Positions 27,057 through 37,470 of a stretch of DNA of 64,000 nucleotides are shown here, one piece after another. Origin of the DNA: Gnetum montanum (taxonomy: Eukaryota; Plantae; Gnetophyta); contig MNCI01000556.1 of assembly GCA_015680685.1 (NCBI GenBank), positions 1,783,731 through 1,847,730 of the forward strand, read 5' to 3'. Position numbers and translations under genes: made by a program. Position 1 is the first letter of the stretch; every line of letters starts with the position of its first letter. A model generated the notes under the pieces. The model was given only the letters and a program-made list of their open reading frames with translations, was not told the origin of the DNA and searched no databases.

Positions 27057-30000
27057 ATGGCACCCAAGATCAAGAGGAAGAACGCAAAACTAGCCAAAAT
27101 CGACGAAATGCAAGCAACTCTTGACCGTGTTTCGTAGGCGCTAGTCGATGTTCGTGACCCTACGCCATTGAACCGGTTCGTTATTCTTTCCATGTTTAAG
27201 CTTGTTTCTATGGCTGCTTTTCGTGGTATATTTTTGTTTGCGTGCATGTTGGTTTCGAATTGGGGACCTCGGGTTAATTTGAGGGTTTGATGGGGTTGTG
27301 TCTACCGCCGTTGTTAGGGATGAACCTTGGGTTATTGCAAGGGTTTGGGCGATTTCGGCCTGAATAGCTGAATGTGGTTTATGAGTTTTCTTTGTTAGTC
27401 ATGCAAATGCAAATGTAGGTGTTAATGTACGCTTTGGGTTGTCTGTACAGCGTCGCACTAAAGCCCATCCTGATTATGCTGGACATTGTCGGGGTCTTGT
27501 GTTGTATAAACCCCATCGTCCCCAATGTCCCTCCCCCACACACGCGGTTGCAAGGGAAGGCCATATGGTTTCGACAGGGTGCGCTAGAGTTTCTGCAGTT
27601 CTTGCTGTGCAACTTCAGCGTCATCGTGTGGTCTGACCTGGCTGGCGATGTTGTCGGTGCTCTTTTAGAGCACCTGCTGGCGGATTCTGCAAAAGGGGTT
27701 TTGGCCTTTTTGACAGACGGGGCTATCGATACGGGCCGTCCCAAGGATCGAGAGCTTAGCGCTCGGGGCCTAAGGAGCTTGCACTGGATCTGGGAGATGG
27801 CTCAATTCAATTGTTACCATGCCTATAACACGCTGTTTGTGGCTCGCCATGTCTCGACCTGTTTCCAGAACCCACAAGGCACGGTGTATTACGCAGGCAG
27901 GTAAGCGAATTTTACTAACTGTCTATTTTTTCTGTGTTACGTTATCTGTGTGAAATATAATAAAATCCTATGTGGAAAATGTACAAGAAGCCGATGCTGT
28001 ATGGTGCAGGTTTTTTATTCAGGACAATAAGTTAGTTGGCGATGGCGATGTATTATCATGGGCCGAAACGACGATAATGGTGTTTACCGCAACTAACAAC
28101 GTGCGTGCTCGTGTCATAGAGCAGATCGGCTTTGACATGCGCAAATACCCCACCCGTTACGCTACGACTTTTCAGAGTTGCCGAAGAATCGGGTGGCTGC
28201 ACGATGACTGGACCCTAGATTCACCCCTTACCGTCGAGGATGTGCAGAGGGAACTCCCGCCATTTCCGCTGCCGTTTGGCCCCGGTAAGGCTGTCGTGTA
28301 GTTGGTTATTGCATAATATACTTGTAGATTGTGGACATTGTGTAATAGTCTTTTGGTTTAATTCATGCTTCATGTTGTGCAGTTAGGAAATCTCGGGAGA
28401 TTACCCTTACGATTTCCGGCCGCGAGGCGAACGCTGTTCTCTTCCGCTACGGCAACATCAAGGATGCACAGCGCTGGCTCAGCCACTCGGCGGCCCTAGT
28501 CGCGGTGACCTCCAAGATCCAAGAAGTAGGGCTAATGCACCCTTTTTTGGCTACGACTCCTGATGTCCCCGCTAGTGAAATGCTAACCTTAGTCAACTCC
28601 TTCAAAGAGAAGGTGGAGCGTTTCTACACGCGTGTACGCAATGTACGCGTAAGTTTTGTTATTGATGCTCAGCTCTTCGCAGACCTCTTTAGCGTCCCCT
28701 CAGATGGCCCTTCCATAAGTGAGAAGGTGAAGAGGAGTGAAGCTTTCCAGAATTGGCTGAAGGAGTGGGTAAGGATCCCAAAGGAGACCAAAGGGTTTCC
28801 CTGTGAAAAATTCGAGATGGGTGCTGCCAAGACACTGTATCCCCTTTTTCGAGCTTGGACCTTCCCCAAAACTCTCTCACAGGGGAGGTTCTTTTCTGTA
28901 GAACAGACCCATATTATGGGATAGGTTCTGGAGGAGGGGACCCAGTTTAATTGGGCCAGCTATTTTGCCAAGGGATTGCATAATGAGATGCTCAAGCTTC
29001 GCAAGAAGCTTGAGTCCTGTTTCAACGTGCATTACGCATTCTTCATAGCTAGCCTCCGGCAGTTTGCTGAGTTTTTGGTCATCCAAAGGAATGGGGTTTG
29101 GGTACAACAAGACCGAGATCAGTTGTCCAGACCTTGGATTGCCCACATCCTCAGCACTACCCATGGGCAGGATCCGCTGGAAGGGATCGGGGAGTCGTTG
29201 TCTGTAACGACTAAGGGTCTAGCGGCACCCCGAGTGCGAGGCCTCAATAGCGTAGGTGGGATAATGCCTACCTATACTAGCGATGCCTTGTAAGGGAAGC
29301 GCATGGCGGAAGAAATCGTAGAACCTGCAGCTCGACGTAAGAGACTCCGCATAGCTGAGGCCCCGGAGGGTGAGGCAGGTCGAACTGTGGCGGTCAAAAT
29401 TCAGTGGAGTAAACCTCCGCCTGGTAAGCACGAAGGAATGATGTTACGCAATGTTTATTTAGATGTTTTGTAATGATATACTAAGGTGCTATGACAGGAC
29501 CAGTAAAAATTACGAAAGAACTGACCCCTAAGATGGGGGCAATAACTCTAAGTCATGGGGAAGGGAACTCAATTTTGGAAGAAGAGGCCCCAGCTGTTAG
29601 CGTGAGCCGTGTATAAGCTCTGGTGCGTGAGGAGGTCCCAGCTATTGGAACCAGCAACGCACCGACTCAAGTGCATGAAAGGGAAAGGGATGCGAAAGAT
29701 GTCGGCGAGGTCGCCACTGTCACCGATAGAGGTAACGACGTGTTAGCGTGTTTGCAAGATTTCTGTAAATAAATGAGGTTTCTAACTGGGTTACGCTACA
29801 GGAGAAGGGGAGGTGTCTACGTCTGTCGCTGGGAGCAGAGCGTGGGGAGACTTCCCTGATAAATTTACCTTCATAGAAGGCATTATCAGTGACATGATAG
29901 AGCGCCTGGAGCACGTCGAACCTGGAGCCGGTATGTTATGGTTGTAATTGGCTTATGAGATTATGCAGTGATAATGTGTCACCAACATTTGATGGTTGTT

Positions 30001-31185
30001 TTCTGTTAGGATCTCGCCTCCGATGGGATCCCACTGAGCCCATTGATTTGGACACAGTGGAACCACCATCCAATGAAGCAGCCGTGTCACGTCACATTTA
30101 TGAGGAAATGCGTAAATGTGCATTATGCTCGACATGCTCCTTATGGGAGAGTAGAGGCACCTATGAAACCCTCTGGAAGAGGCTGCAGAGGTCAGAGCAA
30201 AAGGTTGAGTCTCTGACCAAAGAGGTCAGAGACTTAAAATCACGGTGTGACTTCCTACAAGTACGGGCCACAGGAGATGAACACTGGCATATCGCTATTG
30301 TCGACCACTCCCGGTATTGGACAGCCATCAAAAACAGCATGCAGACTAGTCAGGCGTTAGTCGAACAGCGAATGCAGATAGAACTCCTAGCCCAGAAAAG
30401 CCGGGACTGGAGGGATTATTGTGCTAGCGTGCAAGAGTGGGGACAGAAGGAGAAGGACCACAAACAATTGTACAAGCGGTAGAGTATTGCCTATCGGAAA
30501 CCCTACCGCGATCTTGCTGTTAGGGCCTGATCCTTGGAAGTCTTCCAGGACGTCATCGGAGCTTCCGAAGCCTTCAAGAAATTTGAGGAGCAGGTGACTG
30601 TGAGTGCGTCCCCAGAGAGAGCAATGACTCTCCCTGGGGGTGAGGCTACAATCCCTACCTTCTTCCCGAACCCACCCCACTAGAGCAGCGTGGAGAAAGG
30701 GAAGGTAAAGGCTGGAGCTGCTTTGGGAGAAGATGTATGGCCAGATCTAACGGAGGAAGAGATTATGAAGCGCCTGTGGCCTGGCCTGGACAAGCTTCCC
30801 TTTGCTATGGAAGCAGGGCCGTCACGGGTGAGTCTATGCACTACTTAAGTTGCATTTCTAACTGTGATGTTAAGTCTTGTGGGGCTAAAGTGCTTACCAT
30901 TTTCAGGTACCGACCGAGGATAAGGAAGATGAACAAGCAGAGGAGTTAGCAGAGGGAGCGGTAGAAGCAGAGGAAGAAGCAGAGGAAGAAGCGGAAGGGG
31001 GAGAAAAACGCAACGATGAATAGCATCCTCCCATGGAGCCAGCGCTGGCATGAGGACCTCACAAAGAGGAGATTCTTCATGGAAGAATCATTCCTAGAAA
31101 CGACGGCCCGTTGGAGGACGATCCATTAGCGTTGGATCCGGACTTGAGAGATACCGACGATAGTGGTAGTAGAGGAAATGTGTAA
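27057..31185 (+). pseudogene. Antisense 8-exon gene inside element D: FCP1/NIF-like HAD phosphatase-fold domain + plant-transposon-protein-like domain + coiled coil + acidic tail (~1114 aa; 9 in-frame stops in this copy)
   Basis: Exons 27057-27175, 27451-27900, 28010-28284, 28383-29423, 29498-29731, 29802-29930, 30010-30827, 30907-31185 (3345 nt). All seven introns are GT-AG with matching phases (2,2,1,1,1,1,0). No frameshifts; starts MAPKIKRK. Confidence 0.88.
27451..28140 (+). CDS. FCP1-homology (NIF/SCP-like) HAD phosphatase-fold domain, exons 2-3 of the antisense gene
   Basis: KPILIMLDIVGVL, KAIWFRQGALEFLQFLLCNFSVIVWS, LRSLHWIWE, YHAYNTLFVARHVSTCFQNPQGT and DNKLVGDGDV match, in order, the family pattern as I recall it: KKLLVLDxNGxL, vFKRPxxxxFLxFCFxxFxVgVWS, LKeLxkLWE, YxxxNTLLiDDSPxKxxxNPxxT, DxxLgxxGDL. 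Confidence 0.75.
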
Positions 31186-31378
31186 TTGTAATTTACGCAT
31201 AGTTTTATTGATGTTGAGTGATATATCGTTTTACGCATGACTGAAAAGACGTGTTATAAATTTGGTGGATGTTTTGGATGACGATTATATATATATCTTT
31301 TGTCTTTTGTGTTTTGACCTATAACGCGTGAGTGATAGACCATCACGGGCTGTCATACGATTTTGCGAACCCTAGAGA

Positions 31379-31580
31379 CTAGTTTAGGGCCATTGCGGGC
31401 TGTCATATGTAATGTAAAGAAAGCGTAATTCTGGTGACTAGTTTAAGGCCGTTGCGGGCCAAATGCATAACTAGTTTAAGGCCGTTGCGGGCCATTTGCG
31501 TAATATGGGAAGCGTAGTGATAAAGGCGTAAAAAATATACATAGCTAGTTTAAGGCCATTGCGGGCCATTTGCGTAATAT
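31379..31580. repeat. Four copies of ctagtttaaggcc(g/a)ttgcgggc downstream of the antisense gene
   Basis: Copies start at about 31379, 31438, 31471 and 31544. Confidence 0.8.
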
Positions 31581-31796
31581 GTGATAGAATACAGTCTTGC
31601 GTGAATGCGTAAATTGATGAAAGCGTGAATAATACAGGTATGATAAAAATGTAAGAAATGACAAGCATAAAGATAGAAAGTAAATGTAGCGTAAGACGAA
31701 AACAAATATAGCGTGAACAGAAATGCAATAAAAGACATTGCTAAGCCACGATGATTTGCAAAGACATGATGTTATACACACAGACCATTGCTCAAC

Positions 31797-34700
31797 CAGT
31801 AATACGCAATTGTCTCTTGATGGCCTTTACATTAGGCATTGCGTAAGGGCGAGGAGACTTGTGATTTGCCTCCTCTACGCTGCCATCCGAAAATGGTAGG
31901 TCGGCCCAAGCTTGACCGTCATCATTGTTGTCGGTTTGTTGAGGGATTTGGAGATGGGTCTACAGCTATCACTATCTCCGAACCCTGTTCTTCTTCAATG
32001 TTATTGACGGTTCTGGGGGTTATTTCATCACCGCATATTATAACCTTCCCTTCAGCATAGGGCAGGTGTATTTCTTGGTGTATCGGTGATGAAACCACCC
32101 TCAGCTGGGCTAACCACGACCTCCCCAAGATCAAGTTAAACCCTGGCATCTCCTCAATGACTAAAAAGGTGGCTTCTGTGGGGAACTGATCTTCCACCAC
32201 GAACTCGATACGCACCGTCCCCTTGACTTGAACTCGTGCTCCGTTGAATGATTTAACGCATGCCATCATCGTGGGGGTGATCTGGTTGACTAGTCCCAAC
32301 CTATCCACGATGGAATAGGGAATGACATTGGTGGCTGCGCCATCGTCCACATGCACTCTCCGGATTCGGTATTGATCGACCCAAATGGTGATGAACATGG
32401 GTTCAGTTGTCACCTGACCTTTGTCTGGATCGTCCTTGATAGATTCATCATGAAAGATCAACGAGGTAGGCCTGGGCTATTCAGCTTCAGAAGGAAACAT
32501 GATAGCGTGTATCGCTTCCTCTTCCGCTGGCAAGCTACCATCCACCGATATGGACGTTAGCATGCGTACCATAGCCTCACGGTGTTCCCAAGATGTCATG
32601 AGCAGGTCGTAAAGGCTCAGTGTTGTGTTCTTTTGCTTGAGAGCCTATTTGACTTGCTTAAATGCGTCGAGGAGGCCCTTCTCTTGGCTGGGTTGCTTGT
32701 TGCCCTTATCCTCTTCCATTCGGCCCAAGAGATGGATCTCTCGAGGTGGAACGGTATCAGACAAAGGGTTACTCTTTTTCTTGCCAAGAGGAGGTGGCTG
32801 TGCGTCTTTTCTCTTGTCCTGTTTCTGAGGCAGAGACGAGGGCGCAGAGGCCAAGGGTCTAGGCTTGGGGAAGTCAAGCGTAAAATGATTCCTTGTTGTG
32901 TTAACTGGCATGTCTTCTCCCTTTCGCTTGGGAGGTGATAATTGGCTAGTTTGGCTAGAGGTTTGCCCCTGCGTGAGAGGGGCGGCCTGTTGTTTTGGCA
33001 CCCTGATAATAAAGGGCGCCCTCAGTGTAGGCGCGGACGAAGCTGCGGCTTGACCATTACCATGTGACTGAGGATGAGTTTGAGAAGGTTCCCATATAAT
33101 GAAAGGCGGCCTCGAGGTTCCACTGGCTGCCGATGAAGTGGTTGGCCCTCTCTGTGAGCTGATGGGCATATGCAAGATAAAAGGTTGTCTTGGTGGTTCC
33201 TCCCGCTCGTTGTCTGTACTCACCACATTGATTGTATAATTGGCATTGTTTGCGTTTAACGGATCCTTGTATACATGCAATGTTTGGTTTTCGGGGCGTG
33301 TTGGATTACTGTCGTCTAACTTTAGATGACCTTCATCGATCATGCATTGAATATCGTCCTTCAACGTCCAACAGTAATCTATGTCGTGACCACATAGCTG
33401 GTGATAGTCACAGAAGCGATCTAGCCTGAAAGACTTCAGAACTGATGGCTCATTAGGCAAGGCTAGCGAAGGATCCTTCAGTAATTCACAGTGGCGTCTG
33501 TGACACTTCAAAGCTTCCTCGGATACCTTCTTAGGTTGAAGGTATCCTGCCACCAACAGTTGTCTTAGCACTTCAGAATGCTTCATAGGCAAGGCAGCGT
33601 ACTTTGAGCGGTCTTTACGCTCAAAGTTTGGTTTGACTGAGAGGGCCCTTCAGGGGTAGCTGTGTCTTGACTGGTGCTGGTGCCAGCCGAAGTCTCGGGC
33701 GAGGTTGTGGGCGCCTTCTTGCTCTTGTTCTTCATGCTTTCAGTCAGCGCGGCTACTGTTGTTGTTGCCGCCTTACCTTTGTCCTTGGCCTTGTTGTGGG
33801 CATTTCTATAGGCGACATACGCTGGGTCTTTGCTGGCCTCTGCAGCATCTTGGATGCTCCTAACTTGAGCGAAGGCCTAATATAAGTTACCAGGGGAAAG
33901 GTAATACAGCTTTGACTTAATAAAGTCATTGACTGCTCCTTTGAATATAGCCAGCATATGTGAGTCTGCGATTGGCACGCGGATCTCATTCAAAGTAGCG
34001 TTCTAGCACTATATAAAATTTTGGACTGGCTCAAGCGGGTCTTGTTTCACCCCCATGAGCTGATCCAAGGTGACTTCCGGCTTCAGGTTGTATTTGAAGT
34101 AGGTCACAAATTGAGTCAGCAGCTCCTCCAAGGTTGAGATGGAAGAACATGGGAGGGCTCGATACCAGTCCAAATCTTTCCCTGTCAAAGTCATTGCAAA
34201 GATTTGGATGATTGTATGGGGCCATTGTTGTAACAACAAGGACTCAGAGCGAAAGATAGCCAAATGAGCATTGGGGTCTCCCTCCCCATTATACTTGGTA
34301 AAATGCGGTAGGGACATCCCTGGCGGCAATGATAGCATGGGAACCTCTGGACTGATCGGATCATCCTGATAGAAGTTCATGATCTGAATGGTGTCAGAAC
34401 TAGCGGCTTTAAGGCATCGGACCTCCTAAGTAAGAGTCTGTATAAGTTGGAAGGCCTGATCAAGGCCCGTTGACGGGGGTGCCTGTGCAGCAGGCATGGG
34501 AGGTTGAACTGGGAGGTTCGCGCTAGGAAAGGAAAAGGAAGGGAGAGGTTGGCTAGCCGTTGGAGGGGCGGGGATCCCTGCAGGCAAGGGGGCCTGTGAA
34601 GACCACCACCTACCGGTCTGAGATGAGAGGTTAGGTGCCACCTGTTGCATGGGATAATAATAGGTATGCTGCGGGGCCACCCGCGGAACCTGAGTTATAG

Positions 34701-35561
34701 GTGCGCCCGATGGCTGCACACCGTATACCGCCGACTGGGTATGTTGGGCTGCAGGGTTGATCCACTAACTTACAGTAGGCTGTGGAATGTATGGCGGCTG
34801 AATAGCTGCAGTGGTTTGTTGAGCTGGGGGGGCGGAAATGTGAAAGTCTGCGCTAGGCGCGTCGTTGATATGGCATGGGGTTGTACTTGCGGGATAAAGT
34901 AGGGTGCGGTGGTTGCGGGAACCACCGCCGAGATGCTAAGTATTCGGTGTGATGAAACTGCCCCCGTGTTATTGTGTGGTATCTGTATGTGCAGCCTGGA
35001 AGGCTGCATAGTGGCTCGTGGGACGACGGGGATATTTGTCTGGGTGGTCATGGTCAGGTTTAGAGGAGCTGCCCCTCCGTTGGTCGGGAATGATGGATCT
35101 AAGTAAGTATGGGGGCTCAAAGTATGAAATGAGTGCTCGGACTGGGCCTTAAGTTCATCATCTGCTTCCTCCCCATTCTAGGGCTCCATCATGGCCTGTG
35201 CAACCTGGCTCTTGGCCATGACCAGCTGCGTTATGATTTCATGTTGCTGTTCAGTCAGAGGAATAATGTCATACGTTGTTGGTTTGAAATCGTAACCCCC
35301 TCGGTGGATCATCTCAAAATTGCGTTTCGCTTCAAGCTCAGCTCGGCTGAGAGCTAGTTTTACTTGGATCTTGATGCAAATGAAATTATATTCTTCGGGG
35401 GTTATGGCGGTAAACGTGGGATCTTTCCCCTACAGTCTCAGTGATCGACGCGATGGTCCCACTGCACCCGGTGTCGGTCCAGTGATAGCGATAGGGTTCC
35501 CAGACGTGGTACCCAAATCAAAAGGGACCATGGTGCTTGTGGTTGTGTAAAAGGCATCCAT
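31797..35561 (-). pseudogene. gag: gag-protease of element D
   Basis: ATG at 35561 (MDAFY..GPSRRSLRL), Pro/Gln-rich N-terminus, capsid FTKYNGEGDPNAHL and WYRALP, Tat-type FCDYHQLCGHDIDYC, protease VHVDDGAATNVI and FNLILGRSWL; several stops. Confidence 0.92.
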
Positions 35562-35782
35562 TTGATCAAGGTGATTAATAGTGACTACTAACTGGATCTA
35601 AAAGATAGCTGGCGATAAGATCACAAATAGGCTTTCTACCTTGTAGGATTCCAAAGGAATCGTTCCTGAGACCGATCTACACCACGCGTCTTATCGTAAG
35701 CTTCCTTGGAGGTATTACGGTTACGATTTAGGGTATAGATCGCTAACAGGGCCACCCGAAAAAGATGGATCGGAGCCTAATG

Positions 35783-35800
35783 GCCCTCCTTCTAGCACCA
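35783..35800 (-). other. Primer binding site of element D
   Basis: TGGTGCTAGAAGGAGGGC six bases inside the 5' LTR, a PBS type seen in Tat elements; cognate tRNA not determined. Confidence 0.75.
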
Positions 35801-35806
35801 AAAAAC

Positions 35807-37243
35807 TGTAACGATGGAAAACGTCAGCAGCTGGAAAATACCAAACAAAAATTCCATGTACACAGTTTTAACCACGGATCCGCGCGAGGGCAATGCTAGA
35901 AAAAAATGAATCCGCGGCGCCCTGAACGGTCTTGTCTATCAGACAGGGACTTACTATCAGTAAAAACGATGCAAATGTTCTGTGGATTGGTGTGATTCGG
36001 TGAATCACAAACAGAGGCGAAAACAGTTTAGATGAATTGCAACAACGACAACGATATCGTGAAAAGGGGTGGCCAATACGGGAGAAACGCGTGTTCTTTA
36101 AGATCTACGCTTTGACTTGCAGAATGTGTGTATTGTATATTACGTTACAACGGGGAGATCCCGACTAATTGATATGAGATAGGCACAAACCAACAAGAAA
36201 ACTGTCCAGGCAGAAATCCGATCTACCTTGTAGGCCAAAGATGAGATGCAAGGAAGGTTGAGCCCTGACGTCTATTGATCAACTGTTTCTAACCAATAGA
36301 ATCTGCAAACCATCAGGATGATCTCACGATCTTTGATCTACTTCTTTGCTTTGGGTAGCTTCTGCCCGGGTCCGCCAACGACCGCTAATGGAGAAAGTTG
36401 TGTCTTCCCCAAAGGAATGATCGCCCTTGCTGCTGATGCTTAACGGACTGTGCTATGCTTCTGCTGAAAGGAGATGCTGTTAAGAATTGTCCAAGCGCTG
36501 CCCTCTGTATCCCTGCTCTTATTCGCTTGCCTGCCAACTTGCCGAATTTTTGCCAACCCTTGTATCTTTGTCCATCAGGATATTTATAGGCTGCGATGTC
36601 CTGTGAAAAGGCGCAATCCTGATGACGTGTGCCCCGAATGTTTCAGGTACTGTTAACCATTTTGTGTCAAACTGTGACTATGCATAATACGCTTGCTTGC
36701 GTATTGTGCGTGTAAAAAATAGATGTGCATTTGGCCTGCTTCAGCTTTCTTTGAGCTATATTACGCTCATTCACGCTGCGTTGCGTATATGAGCGTAGTG
36801 TATACAAGTTATGTACGCTTGCTTACGCAGCCGCGCGTAATGAGCGTATCGTAACATGAAATAATTAGTGCAAGTTATTTACGCTCTCTTACGTAGCCAC
36901 GCGTAATGAGCATAAAGAAACATGAAATAATGAATACAAGTTGTTTTATGCTCCCTTACGTAGCTGTGCGTAATGAGCGTAAACAACATTCCAATCTTGG
37001 CGATGCGTTACGCTCGGATACACAACGTTGTGTAACGTGCGTAAGATAAATTGACCGCATGCCAAAAGAAAGGGCTTGACCTGTTGCACTTTTTCTGGAT
37101 TTCTGCCCTTGACTGTTTTGAGGCTCGTTACACTGCCGTGCGTAACAGACCGTAAATTTTTCTTTGATTAGAAGCTGATACGCGCTCTCGCCTGAATTGC
37201 GAATCTTTGCCTGAGGCCGACTCGCAATTTTCACGGTCTTTCA
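35807..37243 (-). repeat. 5' LTR of element D
   Basis: Direct repeat of 19948-21384; followed by TSD ACCTC. Confidence 0.97.
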
Positions 37244-37248
37244 ACCTC

Positions 37249-37470
37249 AATCTACCACAAAAAGAACATCTAATGACATTAAATGTGCTAGATGATAATG
37301 CACAAGTAGTCCTAATAATGAATGAAGTGCATAAGGCACACTTCAAACAAAGTCATGATGTACAAATCAGAAGAGTTAAATTTCAACCTAGCAATAAGGT
37401 ACCTTACTAGAATCCCAAACATGTACAACAATGCACTAAGTTTCAAACACTATGGAAAGGACATTACATC
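37249..37470 (+). pseudogene. pol: C-terminal integrase remnant of element A, resuming after element D
   Basis: EHLMTLNVLDD..HDVQIRRVKFQPSNKV..KFQTLWKGHY, the decayed GPY/F-module region. Confidence 0.8.

Larger units (their letters stand above)
26641..31796 (-). other. Putative ~5.2-kb intron between protease and RT of element D
   Basis: Minus strand cctaat..cattttgcAG|ttttgcAG gives a branch point and acceptor at 26641 directly upstream of pol. Candidate donor G|GTTGAG at 31796 is phase-compatible but needs one frameshift after the protease ORF. Confidence 0.55.
19948..37243 (-). mobile_element. Element D: full-length Tat-clade (Ogre/Retand-like) Ty3/gypsy retrotransposon, 17.3 kb
   Basis: TG..CA LTRs 19948-21384 and 35807-37243 (both 1437 bp). 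TSD ACCTC at 19943-19947 and 37244-37248. PBS and PPT present. Domain order gag-PROT // RT-RH-aRH-INT. Confidence 0.97.
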
